A stretch of 64,000 nucleotides of DNA from an uncultured Solirubrobacteraceae bacterium (GTDB lineage Bacteria; Actinomycetota; Thermoleophilia; Solirubrobacterales; Solirubrobacteraceae): positions 1 through 64,000 of the forward strand of contig CAZPQW010000002.1 of NCBI GenBank assembly GCA_964588985.1, in the 5' to 3' direction. Of the stretch, positions 37,032-46,975 are shown in pieces. The position numbers and the translations under genes are program-made. The notes under the pieces were generated by a model. The model was not told the origin of the DNA, made no database searches, and worked only from the letters and a program-made list of their open reading frames with translations. How positions within the stretch are numbered: position 1 is the first letter of the stretch; the number at the start of each line of letters is the position of its first letter.

Positions 37032-38333
37032 TCAGGGACGGATGCCCGGCGGCAGCAGCGCGCCGTGGGCGTCGATCAGCTCGTCGACGAGCTCGTGGAT
37101 CTGGCCGATGGTGAGCGTGGCGGCGGCGTTCGGGTCGAGCATCACGGCCTGGTAGACGTGGTCGCGCCTGCCTTCGAGGGCGGCGAGCACGGTCAGCTCG
37201 ACGACGTTCATGAACGTGCGGTTGAGCGCGGCGCACTGTGGCGGCAGCTTTCCGATAGCGATCGGGTGCACGCCGTCGCCGTCGACGCGGCAGGGGACCT
37301 CCACGCACCACCCGTCGGGCAGGTTCTCGATCAGCCCGTCGTTGCGCACGTTGCCGTACTCGATGCGCTCGGTGCCGGTGGCCATCGAGTGTATGTAGCG
37401 CGGCGCGAGCTCGCCCTCGTTCAAGACCTCGAGCGGCTCGCCGGCGGCGAGCTTGCGCTTTATCTCGGCGTACTCGTCGAGGTTCTCGTGGGAGCGGCGG
37501 ATGTACTCGTCGACGGGGATATTGTACCGCTCGATCTGATCGTCGTGGCGCATGAACCACGGCAGGTACTCGGCGGAGTGCTCGCTTGACTCGGTGGGGA
37601 AGTGCCCGAACTGGCGGTATAGCTCGACGCGCACGCGCCTGCCGAGGCCGTCGGGGTCGCGGGCGATCGCCTCGTCGAGCAGCGGGTAGAGGCTCTTGCC
37701 GTCGCGCTCGAACCTGAGCACGAACGCCTGGTGGTTGACGCCGGCGGTGAGGAAGTCGATCTCTCCGACAGGCACGTCGACGATCTCGGCGATCTGTTCG
37801 TGGGTGTTCTGCACCGAGTGGCACAGGCCGACGACGCGTGTGCTGCGCCCGCTCGCCCAGATCGCCCACGGCAGCATCGCCATCGGGTTGGTGTAGTTGA
37901 GCAGCGGCGCGTGCGGGCACACCGCGGCCATGTCGTCGGCGATGTCGAGCAGCACGGGGATGGTGCGCAGCCCGCGGAAGATGCCGCCCACGCCGAGCGT
38001 GTCGCCGATCGTCTGGCGCAGCCCGTAGCGCTTGGGGATGTCGAAGTCGCGCAGCGTGGCGTCGAAGCCTCCGACCTGGATCTCGTTGATGACGTAGTCG
38101 GCGCCGTCGAGCGCGGCGCGGCGGTCGAGGTGGGCCTCGATCCGCAGGTGGGCGCCGGTCGCGCGGTTGGTCGCGGCGGCGATCAGCTCTGCGGTGGTGA
38201 GGCGCTCGGGGTCGATGTCGTGCAGCACGACGGTCGCCTCGGCGAGCTCGGGGAACGCGATCAGGTCGGCGAGGAGGATCCTGGTGAACTCGACGCTGCC
38301 GGCGCCTATGAGGACGATACGTGGGGAGAACAT
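37032..38333 (-). CDS. melA: GH4 alpha-galactosidase (NAD-dependent)
   Basis: IGAGSVEF, QTIGDTLGVGGIFR, NYTNPMA, GLCHSVQ, AGVNH, TESSEH. Confidence 0.9.
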   Translation of the reverse strand: MFSPRIVLIGAGSVEFTRILLADLIAFPELAEATVVLHDIDPERLTTAELIAAATNRATGAHLRIEAHLDRRAALDGADYVINEIQVGGFDATLRDFDIPKRYGLRQTIGDTLGVGGIFRGLRTIPVLLDIADDMAAVCPHAPLLNYTNPMAMLPWAIWASGRSTRVVGLCHSVQNTHEQIAEIVDVPVGEIDFLTAGVNHQAFVLRFERDGKSLYPLLDEAIARDPDGLGRRVRVELYRQFGHFPTESSEHSAEYLPWFMRHDDQIERYNIPVDEYIRRSHENLDEYAEIKRKLAAGEPLEVLNEGELAPRYIHSMATGTERIEYGNVRNDGLIENLPDGWCVEVPCRVDGDGVHPIAIGKLPPQCAALNRTFMNVVELTVLAALEGRRDHVYQAVMLDPNAAATLTIGQIHELVDELIDAHGALLPPGIRP

Positions 38334-38424
38334 GATCGAGATTGTTCTCTTTCCGCTAGAAATTTGCAAGAGTGAGCACGACTGTGAGCACAATAACCGG
38401 ATCGAGCGCGATGATGTACCGACG

Positions 38425-39381
38425 ATGATCGTCTGTGTCGCAGGGAACCCCTCCGTCGACAAGCTGTTCGAGGTCGAGGAGCTGGTGCACGGAGAGATCC
38501 ACCGGCCTGACGCCTTCCTGTCGCTGCCCGGCGGCAAGGGCATCCACGTCGCGCAGGTCGCGACGGTGCTCGGCGCCGAGGCGCTCGCGACAGGGATCCT
38601 CGCCGGCCACACCGGCCGGTGGATCGCCGATACGCTCGCGGCGGAAGGCGTTCCGGCCGAGTTCGTGTGGGGCGACGGGGAGACGCGCTCGAGCCTCTCG
38701 GTCGCCGATCGCGCCACGGGACGGCTGACCGAGTTCTACGAGGACGGCATACCGCCGCGTCCGGAGGAGTGGTCGGAGCTGGTGCGGATCGTCGAGGGTC
38801 TGATGGGGCGGGCGAGCTGGCTCGCGCTGGCGGGGTCGCCGCCCGCGGTCGACGGGGAGGGTGAGAGCTACTCGAGCTTGATCGCCGCTGCGCACAGAGC
38901 GGGCGTTCCCGTCGCCGTCGACTCGCGCGGGGCGGCGCTCGCGCAGGCGCTCGAGAGCGCTCCCGAGTTGATGAAGATCAACGTCCACGAGGCCGAGGAG
39001 CTGCTCGGCCGGGCGGTCGAGGGCATCGAGCAGGCGCAAACGGCGGCGGTCGAGATTCGCTCTCGCATCGGCGGTGAGGGGCACGCGTGTGTGATCACGC
39101 TCGGCGAGCGGGGCATGGTGCTGGTCGATCCGGCCGGTGATGCTTGGCACGGCGCGGTCGCGGTGCGCGGCTCCTACCCGGTTGGCAGCGGCGACGCGTT
39201 CCTCGCGGGGCTGCTCACGGCGCTGAGCCGCGGCGACTCCTGGTCACAGGCCGCGGCCCTCGCCCTGGGAGCCGCGGCCGCGAACGCCGAGGCTCCCGGG
39301 GCGGCTCGCCTGGAGCCGGAGCGGGCGCGGGCGCTGGCTGGCCGCGCTGAGATCCGCACACTCAGTGAAGTTCCATCTTGA
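38425..39381 (+). CDS. 1-phosphofructokinase / tagatose-6-phosphate kinase family
   Basis: NPSVD, PGGKGIHVA, GETR, KINVHE, VGSGDAFLAG. Confidence 0.9.
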   Translation: MIVCVAGNPSVDKLFEVEELVHGEIHRPDAFLSLPGGKGIHVAQVATVLGAEALATGILAGHTGRWIADTLAAEGVPAEFVWGDGETRSSLSVADRATGRLTEFYEDGIPPRPEEWSELVRIVEGLMGRASWLALAGSPPAVDGEGESYSSLIAAAHRAGVPVAVDSRGAALAQALESAPELMKINVHEAEELLGRAVEGIEQAQTAAVEIRSRIGGEGHACVITLGERGMVLVDPAGDAWHGAVAVRGSYPVGSGDAFLAGLLTALSRGDSWSQAAALALGAAAANAEAPGAARLEPERARALAGRAEIRTLSEVPS

Positions 39382-40405
39382 GCAGCTGGAGCCGGCTCCA
39401 GGGGAAGGACGCTGTGATCTGCTGGGCGCCCTTGCCTTCGAAGTATCCGCTGGCGCCGATGTACGGATTGCTCCCCGTGGGAGTCGGATCCTGCGCGTAG
39501 AACGTCACGTTCGAGGACTTGTCCCTGACGACGATCCCGTAGCGCTGCGCGGCTTCGGCCAGCATCAACGTCAACCTGGGGAGATGCAACGAAGCGAGGT
39601 TGAGCGTCGGGTCGAGGCGCAGATGCGCTCCCTCCGGCAACGACGTCGGTTCGGTGGACGTGCCGTCGGTCCGCTGCGCGGGCCAGGCAGAGACTCCGGT
39701 ACGTGGGCTCGGAACCGCCATCGCCAACGCGTGGTTGATCTGCCCCGTTGCGAGATCCTCCAAGGTGATCAACCCTCCGACGATCGGGAGTGAACAGGCG
39801 CTCGCGCCCCACAGTTCGCTGGCGCCGAGCCAAGCCGTGGGAGAGTATGCGCCCGAGCTCTGGCTCACGTTGGCCATCGCGCCACCCCAACGAGCGGTCG
39901 GACCGGTAGCCGTCCGGGCGAAAGCCCAGAACTCCCACATGCGGTCGGTCGAGGGCTGCCAGACCACCAACTGGCCATCGCCGCCTTTCGCGGGTGACGC
40001 GTTCGCTGGGAGCGGGACCGCTGTCCACGCGGCCTGCAACGGGCTGGTCAACGCGTTTGTCCTGTTGAGTGCCACCTTCACCAAAGGCTGCCGAGCGGGC
40101 ACCGTGTAGATCGGGACGGACCATGACGTGGTGTTGATGTTCACGCCTCTACCTGCCGCCATGGATTCTGCGATCTGGCGATTGAGGGCGCCGACGATTT
40201 CAGTTGAGGCGGGATCCAGCGGCACGGCGCCGGATACCACCTTGTTCCAAATGCTTCCAGCGCCGAAGAATCGGAATGGACTGGAGGATGCCTGTGCGAT
40301 AGGCGCCGACGCTGTTGCCAGGGCAAGAGCTGTGACTACCAAGATCGTGGTGCTGAAGACTGATAGGCGGGTTCGAACCGCCGACATGCGGTGCGCACGT
40401 GACAT
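39362..40405 (-). CDS. Hypothetical secreted protein
   Basis: AAGGAG RBS, signal peptide (..APIAQA), conserved-looking core (INHAL, WPAQRTDG, PEGAHLRL, AAQRYGIVVRD). Confidence 0.75.
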   Translation of the reverse strand: MSRAHRMSAVRTRLSVFSTTILVVTALALATASAPIAQASSSPFRFFGAGSIWNKVVSGAVPLDPASTEIVGALNRQIAESMAAGRGVNINTTSWSVPIYTVPARQPLVKVALNRTNALTSPLQAAWTAVPLPANASPAKGGDGQLVVWQPSTDRMWEFWAFARTATGPTARWGGAMANVSQSSGAYSPTAWLGASELWGASACSLPIVGGLITLEDLATGQINHALAMAVPSPRTGVSAWPAQRTDGTSTEPTSLPEGAHLRLDPTLNLASLHLPRLTLMLAEAAQRYGIVVRDKSSNVTFYAQDPTPTGSNPYIGASGYFEGKGAQQITASFPWSRLQLLKMELH

Positions 40406-40720
40406 GGGAACTCCTTGCATATGGCAGGTGTATGTCGGAGAAACACCTGCGGGCGGGAACTTGTGGTGCAAGTATCGTTTCGCCGCTCAAGTCAGATGAG
40501 GCGAGTTGGAGAACGCTGGACGTTTGTCACCGCCGGCGTACCGCGAAGCCGGTCGGTCAGGTCAAGGCCGCGCTGCGTTGGCTTGCGCGCAAGCGGCATG
40601 AGTCACAGCGCGTTGAACGCTGATCCAGACTGGGCACTGTGGCAGCTGGCCTCGACAGGCTCGCAGCCCATCGAGGCCAGACAGCTGTCGGCGAGTGCTG
40701 GGACTCGCCGTCCCTGCGTG

Positions 40721-41998
40721 TTACCCGAGCCCGACGGCCGTCCCGACGAACGTCCCCTGCTTGACGGCTTTGGCGGCTTTCTTCCCGTTGGGAACGCCAC
40801 AGGTGGCCCCGCCGGTGAAGCTCTCCGACACGGTTCCGCTGACGATGGTGAGCGCTTCCGTGAGCGGCCCGCCTTCGAGCTTCCCTTCGAGAGGCACGCC
40901 GGGCACTTCGGTCGCGGGCACGACCAGCGACCCGTGCGAGTTGCCGAGTCCCTTGGGCGCCCATTTGACGACCAGCGAGGTCGACGTCGTGGTCGGTTCC
41001 GAGGAGATGCTCGCGAGCGTCGCGCAGGTGACTTCTTCGGTCGTGGTGAGGTGCGCCACGTAGGTTCCCCCGGCGGGTTCCTGGGGCCCGTCACAGCCCG
41101 TCAGCACGCCTTTGATCGTGATCGTCTGGACGTGCGGGGTTTCGGTCAGGCCGGGGGAGAGCTTGATCGTCCCGCTGTTCTGTTCGCAGGTCTCGGTCGC
41201 GGGAGTCCCGCCGCCTCCGCCTCCACCGGTGCCGCCGCCTTCACCGTCCTGGTTGGGGCTCGTGACTTCGAACGAGCCGGCTGCACTGGTGCCTTCGGCG
41301 TCGGTGTTCGTCACGGTGACCAGGTAGGTCGTGTTCGGTTCCACCGGCCCGAGGGCCGCGCTCGACCACGTGCCGGCGACCGTTGTCGTCAATACAGGCG
41401 GACCCGGTTTGACGGGTGTGGCGGTGACCGTGGAGGAGGTGATCAACCCGGCCGTTTCGCCGGCCAGCGTCCAGCCGACCGTCATCCGCAGGTATTCGGT
41501 TTCGCCCGCTTCGTAGAGCCCGACGTATGCGCTCACTTCGGTTGGCGCGGCCGGCGGCTGCAGCGGCGGCGTGCCCGTTTCCAGGAACGCGCTCGTGCCG
41601 ACGTTGTAGATGTGGTCGCCGTGGGCGTCTTCGGCTGAGAAGGTCGTGCTGCCTTCGGCGGCGCCTTCGAGTCGAGCGAAGGAGCGGGTGTCGCCGACCC
41701 AGTCCCATGTCACGCTCGCCCACGCGGAGTAGGTCGTCGTTTTGTAGCCGCCGCCGCGACCGCTTCCGCCGCAGCGCGTCTGCATGTAGACGTTGCCCTC
41801 CGGAAGGCCGTTCGGGGCGAAGCCGGTCGCGTACACCTTCTCCTGGATGCCGCCGCAGGAGTGCCCGAGCAGCGAGAAGGCCGCGCCCTGGCTCAGAACC
41901 AGCTGGATCGGCGTTGACGCGCTGGCCGCGGGAGCCAGCGCCAGGCAGCCCAGTCCAGCGGCGATTGCGCTCACGATGGTGCGTCGGGCACTGGTCAC
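40721..41998 (-). CDS. Secreted modular protein with fibronectin type III-like domain
   Basis: Signal peptide (APAASA), PAAPTEV...EPNTTYLVTVTNT..EGTS, Gly linker, Cys pairs. Confidence 0.75.
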   Translation of the reverse strand: MTSARRTIVSAIAAGLGCLALAPAASASTPIQLVLSQGAAFSLLGHSCGGIQEKVYATGFAPNGLPEGNVYMQTRCGGSGRGGGYKTTTYSAWASVTWDWVGDTRSFARLEGAAEGSTTFSAEDAHGDHIYNVGTSAFLETGTPPLQPPAAPTEVSAYVGLYEAGETEYLRMTVGWTLAGETAGLITSSTVTATPVKPGPPVLTTTVAGTWSSAALGPVEPNTTYLVTVTNTDAEGTSAAGSFEVTSPNQDGEGGGTGGGGGGGTPATETCEQNSGTIKLSPGLTETPHVQTITIKGVLTGCDGPQEPAGGTYVAHLTTTEEVTCATLASISSEPTTTSTSLVVKWAPKGLGNSHGSLVVPATEVPGVPLEGKLEGGPLTEALTIVSGTVSESFTGGATCGVPNGKKAAKAVKQGTFVGTAVGLG

Positions 41999-42198
41999 AG
42001 ACGTTCCCCTCTCACGTGGATTGCTTGCATCTGCGGGCGCCGAAGACCCCTTCGAAGACCCCCTGTCTATTAGAAGACAACCCTACAGCCGAGAAATCAC
42101 GCGGACATGAGAATTTATTTTCGATCTCGCGTACGCTGTCAGGCGTATTTCGGCGTGGATGCTTGGGTCATGGACGTTTCGGGCATAGGAGATGGAAC

Positions 42199-44277
42199 AT
42201 GAGGAACGCAAGGCTGCTGGGCGCACTCGCATCGGTCTCCGTAGGCGCATTCGCCGCGGCTGGAGCGGCCCAGGCCGCGCCGTCGCGCACGGTGGTGCAG
42301 AGCAGCGCACCCGCCGCCGCCTCGGCCAACGAGGTCGCCGCGACGCCCGCGTCCACGCCGATCGAATTCAGCGTGGGCCTGCGATTGAGCGACCCGGCAG
42401 GCGCGGTTGCGCTCGAGCGCGCGGTCTCGGACCCGGGCAGCCCCAGCTTCCACCGCTACCTGACCCCCGCCCAGTGGGAGCAGCGCTACTCGCCCACGCC
42501 GGCCTCGGTCCAGGCCGTCACGGCCTGGCTGAAAGCGGAAGGCATCGCCGTCGAATCGGTCCCCCCCGACCGCATGACCGTTCACGCGAGCGCATCGGCG
42601 GCCACGATCGAGCGCGCGTTCGGCACGAGCCTCGGCGAGTTCCGCCACCAGGGTCGCGTCGTGCGGCTCGCCTCGACGCCTCTGCAGGTGCCAAGCGGGA
42701 TCGCCTCGCTCATCACCGGCGTCACCGGGGTGGACCAGAGCCTCGCAACTCCAGGCGCCACCGGCGCCGACACCCGCCGTGCGGCGAAGGTCTCCGGGCA
42801 GGAAATCCCGCAGCCGCCCGGCTTCCGCAACGCCACGCCGTGCTCGCCCACGTACGGCAAGCAGCTCGACACCACCGATCCCGCGTACGGAGGCGGCTAC
42901 CCCACGCCGCTGCCATACGCGGTCTGCGGCTACATCCCGGCCCAGCTCCAGGGCGCCTACGGGCTCACGCCGAAGATCGCCGCCGGGATCGACGGCAAAG
43001 GCGTGACCGTCGCGATCGTCGACGCGTACGCATCGCCGACGCTGCTGAGCGACGCGCAGCACTACAGCCAGCTCAACCAGCCCACGCAGGTGCTCGGCAG
43101 CGGCCAGTTCAGTGAGCTGCTCAGCAAGTCCTTCAGCGACATCGAACTCTGCGAAGCCAGCGAATGGTCCGGCGAGCAGACGCTCGACGTCGAGGCGGTC
43201 CACGCGACAGCGCCCGGCGCGAAGATCCTCTACGTGGGAGCGAAGAACTGCATCGGCGGTCTCTACGACTCTGTGCAGCAGATCGTCGATGGGCACCTCG
43301 CGAGCATCGTCACCGACTCCTGGGGAGACGACGGCGGGGACCTGCTCGACTCGCCGCAGTCCCGGGAAGGCTTCGACAACGTCCTGCTGATGGCGGACGG
43401 GACGGGCGTCGGCGTGCAGTTCTCCGCGGGCGACGAAGGCGACGAGTTCGCCAACCTCGGGATGACGGTCGCGGACTACCCGTCCTCGAGCCCGTACGCC
43501 ACCTCGGTCGGCGGCACGAGCCTGCAGGTCGGTGAGCACGGCGCCCGCGTCGGCGAGCTGGGCTGGTCGACCTCGAAGAGCGTGCTCTGCACCCCGCTGT
43601 TGCAGCTCGAAGGCTACCCCGGCTGCAAGGCGGCAAAGCTCGGCACGTGGCTGTCGCCGGCGCCCGGCGCCTACCTCTACGGTGGAGGCGGCGGGACGAG
43701 CTACGAGTACGCCGAGCCGTGGTACCAGGAAGGCATCGTGCCCGCGGCGCTCGCCGAACGCAACAGCAGGATCACGGGCATCGCGAACAGGGTCGAGCCG
43801 GACATCTCGATGGACGCGGACCCGACGACCGGCATGCTCGTCGGCGAGACACAGGAATTTCCCGACGGCACCTACTACGACCAGTACCGGATCGGCGGGA
43901 CGAGCCTGTCCTCGCCGCTGTTCGCGGGCGTGATGGCCGACGCAGACCAGGCGGCCGGGGTCTCGCTCGGCTTCGTCAACCCACTTCTCTACAAGCTGGG
44001 GGCTTCTCCCGGCTCGGCGGCCGCCGACTTCTACGACGTGGTGCCCGGCGGCAAGCAGGCGCTCGTCAGGAACGACTACCTCGACGGCGTCGACGCGAAC
44101 GAAGGGACGATCACCTCGGTGCGCGTGCTCGACTACCAGGGCCGCGAGATCTTCTGCAGCGGCACGGGCAACTGCACCAAGCAGAAGGTCGCGCTCGACA
44201 CGGCGCCCGGGTTCGACTCGATGACCGGGCTCGGCACGCCGCGCTCGGCGCTGATCGCGGCGCTGGCCAAACCCTGA
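42199..44277 (+). CDS. Sedolisin (S53) serine protease with pro-kumamolisin domain
   Basis: Signal peptide, FHRYLTP pro-domain, EQTLDVE, SAGDEG, GGTSLSSPL, GFDSMTGLGTP. Confidence 0.93.
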   Translation: MRNARLLGALASVSVGAFAAAGAAQAAPSRTVVQSSAPAAASANEVAATPASTPIEFSVGLRLSDPAGAVALERAVSDPGSPSFHRYLTPAQWEQRYSPTPASVQAVTAWLKAEGIAVESVPPDRMTVHASASAATIERAFGTSLGEFRHQGRVVRLASTPLQVPSGIASLITGVTGVDQSLATPGATGADTRRAAKVSGQEIPQPPGFRNATPCSPTYGKQLDTTDPAYGGGYPTPLPYAVCGYIPAQLQGAYGLTPKIAAGIDGKGVTVAIVDAYASPTLLSDAQHYSQLNQPTQVLGSGQFSELLSKSFSDIELCEASEWSGEQTLDVEAVHATAPGAKILYVGAKNCIGGLYDSVQQIVDGHLASIVTDSWGDDGGDLLDSPQSREGFDNVLLMADGTGVGVQFSAGDEGDEFANLGMTVADYPSSSPYATSVGGTSLQVGEHGARVGELGWSTSKSVLCTPLLQLEGYPGCKAAKLGTWLSPAPGAYLYGGGGGTSYEYAEPWYQEGIVPAALAERNSRITGIANRVEPDISMDADPTTGMLVGETQEFPDGTYYDQYRIGGTSLSSPLFAGVMADADQAAGVSLGFVNPLLYKLGASPGSAAADFYDVVPGGKQALVRNDYLDGVDANEGTITSVRVLDYQGREIFCSGTGNCTKQKVALDTAPGFDSMTGLGTPRSALIAALAKP

Positions 44278-44403
44278 GCGGCACAGCAGGTCGGACTGCT
44301 TGCGAGCGTTCGCACGCCGGTTGAACGCCTGTCTAAACCACCACGTCCAGATTTTGGCCCGCTGATCATGTGGGCGCTCGACACGCGCTGCAATAGTCGA
44401 CAT

Positions 44404-44503
44404 CGCCCTAGGGTTCCGCTGCCACCGCTGGCAGGTCTGGTCCGAGAGGGCGGGCCGGCACTTACATAGCCGAGCTGACACGGAGGGATAAAAGCCCGGG
44501 AGA
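44404..44503 (+). ncRNA. Guanidine-I (ykkC-yxkD) riboswitch aptamer
   Basis: CTAGGGTTCCG...CTGGTCCGAGAG...ACACGGAGGGATAAAAGCCCGGGAG consensus, upstream of cgdAB/carboxylase/atzF genes. Confidence 0.93.
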
Positions 44504-44527
44504 CATCGTGATCTCTCGGGCCTTTTT
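44491..44527 (+). terminator. Riboswitch expression-platform terminator
   Basis: GCCCGGGAGA-catcgtga-TCTCTCGGGC followed by CTTTTT; overlaps the aptamer 3' stem (ON-switch layout). Confidence 0.85.
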
Positions 44528-44546
44528 GCGTTGAAAGGTCGTCTTC

Positions 44547-45161
44547 TTGCAGCTGATCGGCAGGACAGCACTGATTCTGATCGATGTCCAAAAGGGCGAG
44601 GTGCTGCCCGGCGAGCACGGCATCGCGATCATGTCGGGCGGCGAGGAGAGGCACGAGCGCACACAGGCGCTGCTCGCGGCCGCACGGGCCGCGGGGATAC
44701 CTCCGATCTTCATCCAGGAGGTCCACAAGCGCTCGCTCGTCGACTTCGGTCGCGAGCTCGACGGTGAGGAGACGATTCACTGTCTCGAGGGAGATGTGGC
44801 GACCGAGCTGGCGGACGGCATCGAGCCGCTCCCCGAGGAGTACCTGATTCGCAAGCGCCGCTACTCGGCGTTTTTCGCCACCGAGCTCGAGCTGGTCTTG
44901 AAGTCATATGAGATAGAGACGCTCGTGTTGGTCGGCGCACTCACCGACGTGTGCGTTCACTACACCTTCGCCGACGCCCACCAGCACGACTACCACTGTC
45001 GCGTCGTCACGGACTGTGTGGGCGGTTCCTCCGACGCGGCGCACGAAGCCGCGCTGTCCGCGATGCGCTACCTGCAGCGCGACTGCCTGACGACCAGCGA
45101 CGAGGTGCTCGACGCGTTTGCCGAGATCGGCGCCCGGTCGAGCGTGGGTGCGCTCGCATGA
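44547..45161 (+). CDS. Isochorismatase-family cysteine hydrolase
   Basis: LIDVQ (Asp), IRKRRYSAF (Lys), TDVCV (Cys) triad; GAAAGG RBS before the TTG. Confidence 0.92.
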   Translation: MQLIGRTALILIDVQKGEVLPGEHGIAIMSGGEERHERTQALLAAARAAGIPPIFIQEVHKRSLVDFGRELDGEETIHCLEGDVATELADGIEPLPEEYLIRKRRYSAFFATELELVLKSYEIETLVLVGALTDVCVHYTFADAHQHDYHCRVVTDCVGGSSDAAHEAALSAMRYLQRDCLTTSDEVLDAFAEIGARSSVGALA

Positions 45162-46975
45162 GCATCATCGAGAGACGGCCCGCGCTGGAGGTGGAGGACC
45201 TCCATGTCACGTTCCGCTCTCCCGCGGGGGACGTCCAGGCGCTGCGCGGGGCGACGCTCACGGTCGGGCGCGGTGAGATCGTCGGCCTCGTGGGCGAGTC
45301 CGGCTCGGGCAAGACGGTGCTCGGGTTGACGGCGCTCGGCCTGCTGCCGCGCACCCCGCACCCGGAGGTGACCGGCACCGTGCGCCTCGACGGGGAGGAC
45401 ATGGTCGCGGCGAGCGAGGACGAGCGTCGCGCGCGCCGCGGCTCCTACATCACAGCCGTCTTCCAGGATCCGATGGGCTCGCTCAACCCGTCGATGCGCA
45501 TCCAGGCGCAGGTCGCGGAGGCCCTCGGCGGCGAGGGCGAGGGCGATCAGTCCGAGCTGATCCACGAACTGCTCGCCCACACGGGGATCCCCGAGCCGGA
45601 TGTGAAGGCCCGCTGCTACCCGCACGAACTCTCCGGCGGCCTGCGCCAACGGGTGATGATCGCGATGGCGCTCGCGCGCAACCCGCGTCTGGTCGTCGCC
45701 GACGAGCCCACCACCGCGCTCGACGTGACCGTCCAGGCGCGCGTGCTCGACCTGCTCGCCGGAGCCGCACGCGAGCGCGGGGTGGCGCTGCTGCTCGTCA
45801 CTCACGATCTCGGTGTCGCGGCCCGCGTGTGCGACCGCATCGCGGTGGCGTACGCCGGCAAAGTGGTCGAGATCGGCAGGGCCGCGCAGATCCTCTCGCG
45901 TCCGCGCCACCCCTACACCGTAGGTCTGCTCGCGAGCCGTCCGCGGCTCGACGGCTCGATCGCCGGCGGGGACCTGCCGACGCTTCCGGGCCAGCCGCCC
46001 GACCCCCGCAGCCCAGCCGTGGGCTGCGCGTTCGCCGCGCGCTGCCCGGTCGCCGACGAGCAGTGCGCCGCACCCGCTCCCGTCGTGCTCGAGGAGGGGA
46101 GACGGTGCGAGTGCCACCGCCCGGGGGCTCTCGAGACGTGGCCGCTCGCGCCGCTCCGAGTGCGCAGCGGCGAGCCGGTGGGTATCGGCCATCCGCTGCA
46201 CGTAGCCAACGGCTCGATCCCGATCCCCGCACTCGTCGTCGAGGACCTCGAATGTCACTTCCCGCGACCGCGCCGCCACCCACTCGCGTCCGCTCCCGAG
46301 CCGCTGCGCGCCGTCGCCGGAATCAGCCTCAGGGTCCCGGCCGCGGGCTCCCTCGCGATCGTCGGCGAGTCCGGCTCCGGCAAGTCGACGCTGCTGCGCG
46401 CGGTCGTCGGGCTGCTCACGCCCACCGCCGGAACCATCACGCTCGGCCCGGGCGCCTCGCCGCAGCTGATCTTCCAGGACGCGGGCGCCTCGCTCACGCC
46501 GTGGATGCCCGTCGGCGCGCAGATCTCCGAGCGTCTCGCGACGCTGAACGTGCCGCGCGCCGAGCGCGCCGCCCGCGTCGCGAGCACGCTCGAATCGGTC
46601 GGGCTGCCGGCCGAGGTCGCCGCGGTCGTTCCGCGCAAGCTCTCCGGGGGACAGCGCCAGCGCGCGGCGATCGCCCGCGCGATCGTCGTACCGCCCGCGC
46701 TGCTCGCGTGCGACGAGCCTGTCTCCGCACTCGACGTGTCGCTCGCCGCGCAGGTGCTCAACCTCCTGTGCGAGCTGCGCGCCACGCTCGGCATCGCGCT
46801 GCTGTTCGTCACGCACGACCTCGCCGCCGCGCGTGCGGTCGCCGACGAGGTCGCCGTCGTCAAGGAGGGCATCGTCGTCGAGCACGCCGCGACCGAGCAG
46901 ATCTTCATCTCGCCGCAGCACCCGTACACGCGCGAGCTGATCGCCGCCGTTCCCGACCTAGCGGAGGCCGCATGA
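45158..46975 (+). CDS. Peptide/nickel-type ABC transporter, fused double ATPase
   Basis: Two GESGSGK Walker A motifs, [28 protein letters not shown]. Confidence 0.93.
   Translation: MSIIERRPALEVEDLHVTFRSPAGDVQALRGATLTVGRGEIVGLVGESGSGKTVLGLTALGLLPRTPHPEVTGTVRLDGEDMVAASEDERRARRGSYITAVFQDPMGSLNPSMRIQAQVAEALGGEGEGDQSELIHELLAHTGIPEPDVKARCYPHELSGGLRQRVMIAMALARNPRLVVADEPTTALDVTVQARVLDLLAGAARERGVALLLVTHDLGVAARVCDRIAVAYAGKVVEIGRAAQILSRPRHPYTVGLLASRPRLDGSIAGGDLPTLPGQPPDPRSPAVGCAFAARCPVADEQCAAPAPVVLEEGRRCECHRPGALETWPLAPLRVRSGEPVGIGHPLHVANGSIPIPALVVEDLECHFPRPRRHPLASAPEPLRAVAGISLRVPAAGSLAIVGESGSGKSTLLRAVVGLLTPTAGTITLGPGASPQLIFQDAGASLTPWMPVGAQISERLATLNVPRAERAARVASTLESVGLPAEVAAVVPRKLSGGQRQRAAIARAIVVPPALLACDEPVSALDVSLAAQVLNLLCELRATLGIALLFVTHDLAAARAVADEVAVVKEGIVVEHAATEQIFISPQHPYTRELIAAVPDLAEAA

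Noticed and set aside
42041-42078. CGAAGACCCC direct repeat in the FN3/sedolisin divergent region
   Set aside because: Only two full copies plus a partial one, and no adjacent regulator; too weak to call.
44404-44503. ykkC subtype 2 (ppGpp/PRPP/ADP) riboswitch
   Set aside because: The 3' end (ACACGGAGGGATAAAAGCCCGGGAG) and the downstream cgdAB/atzF genes fit guanidine-I.
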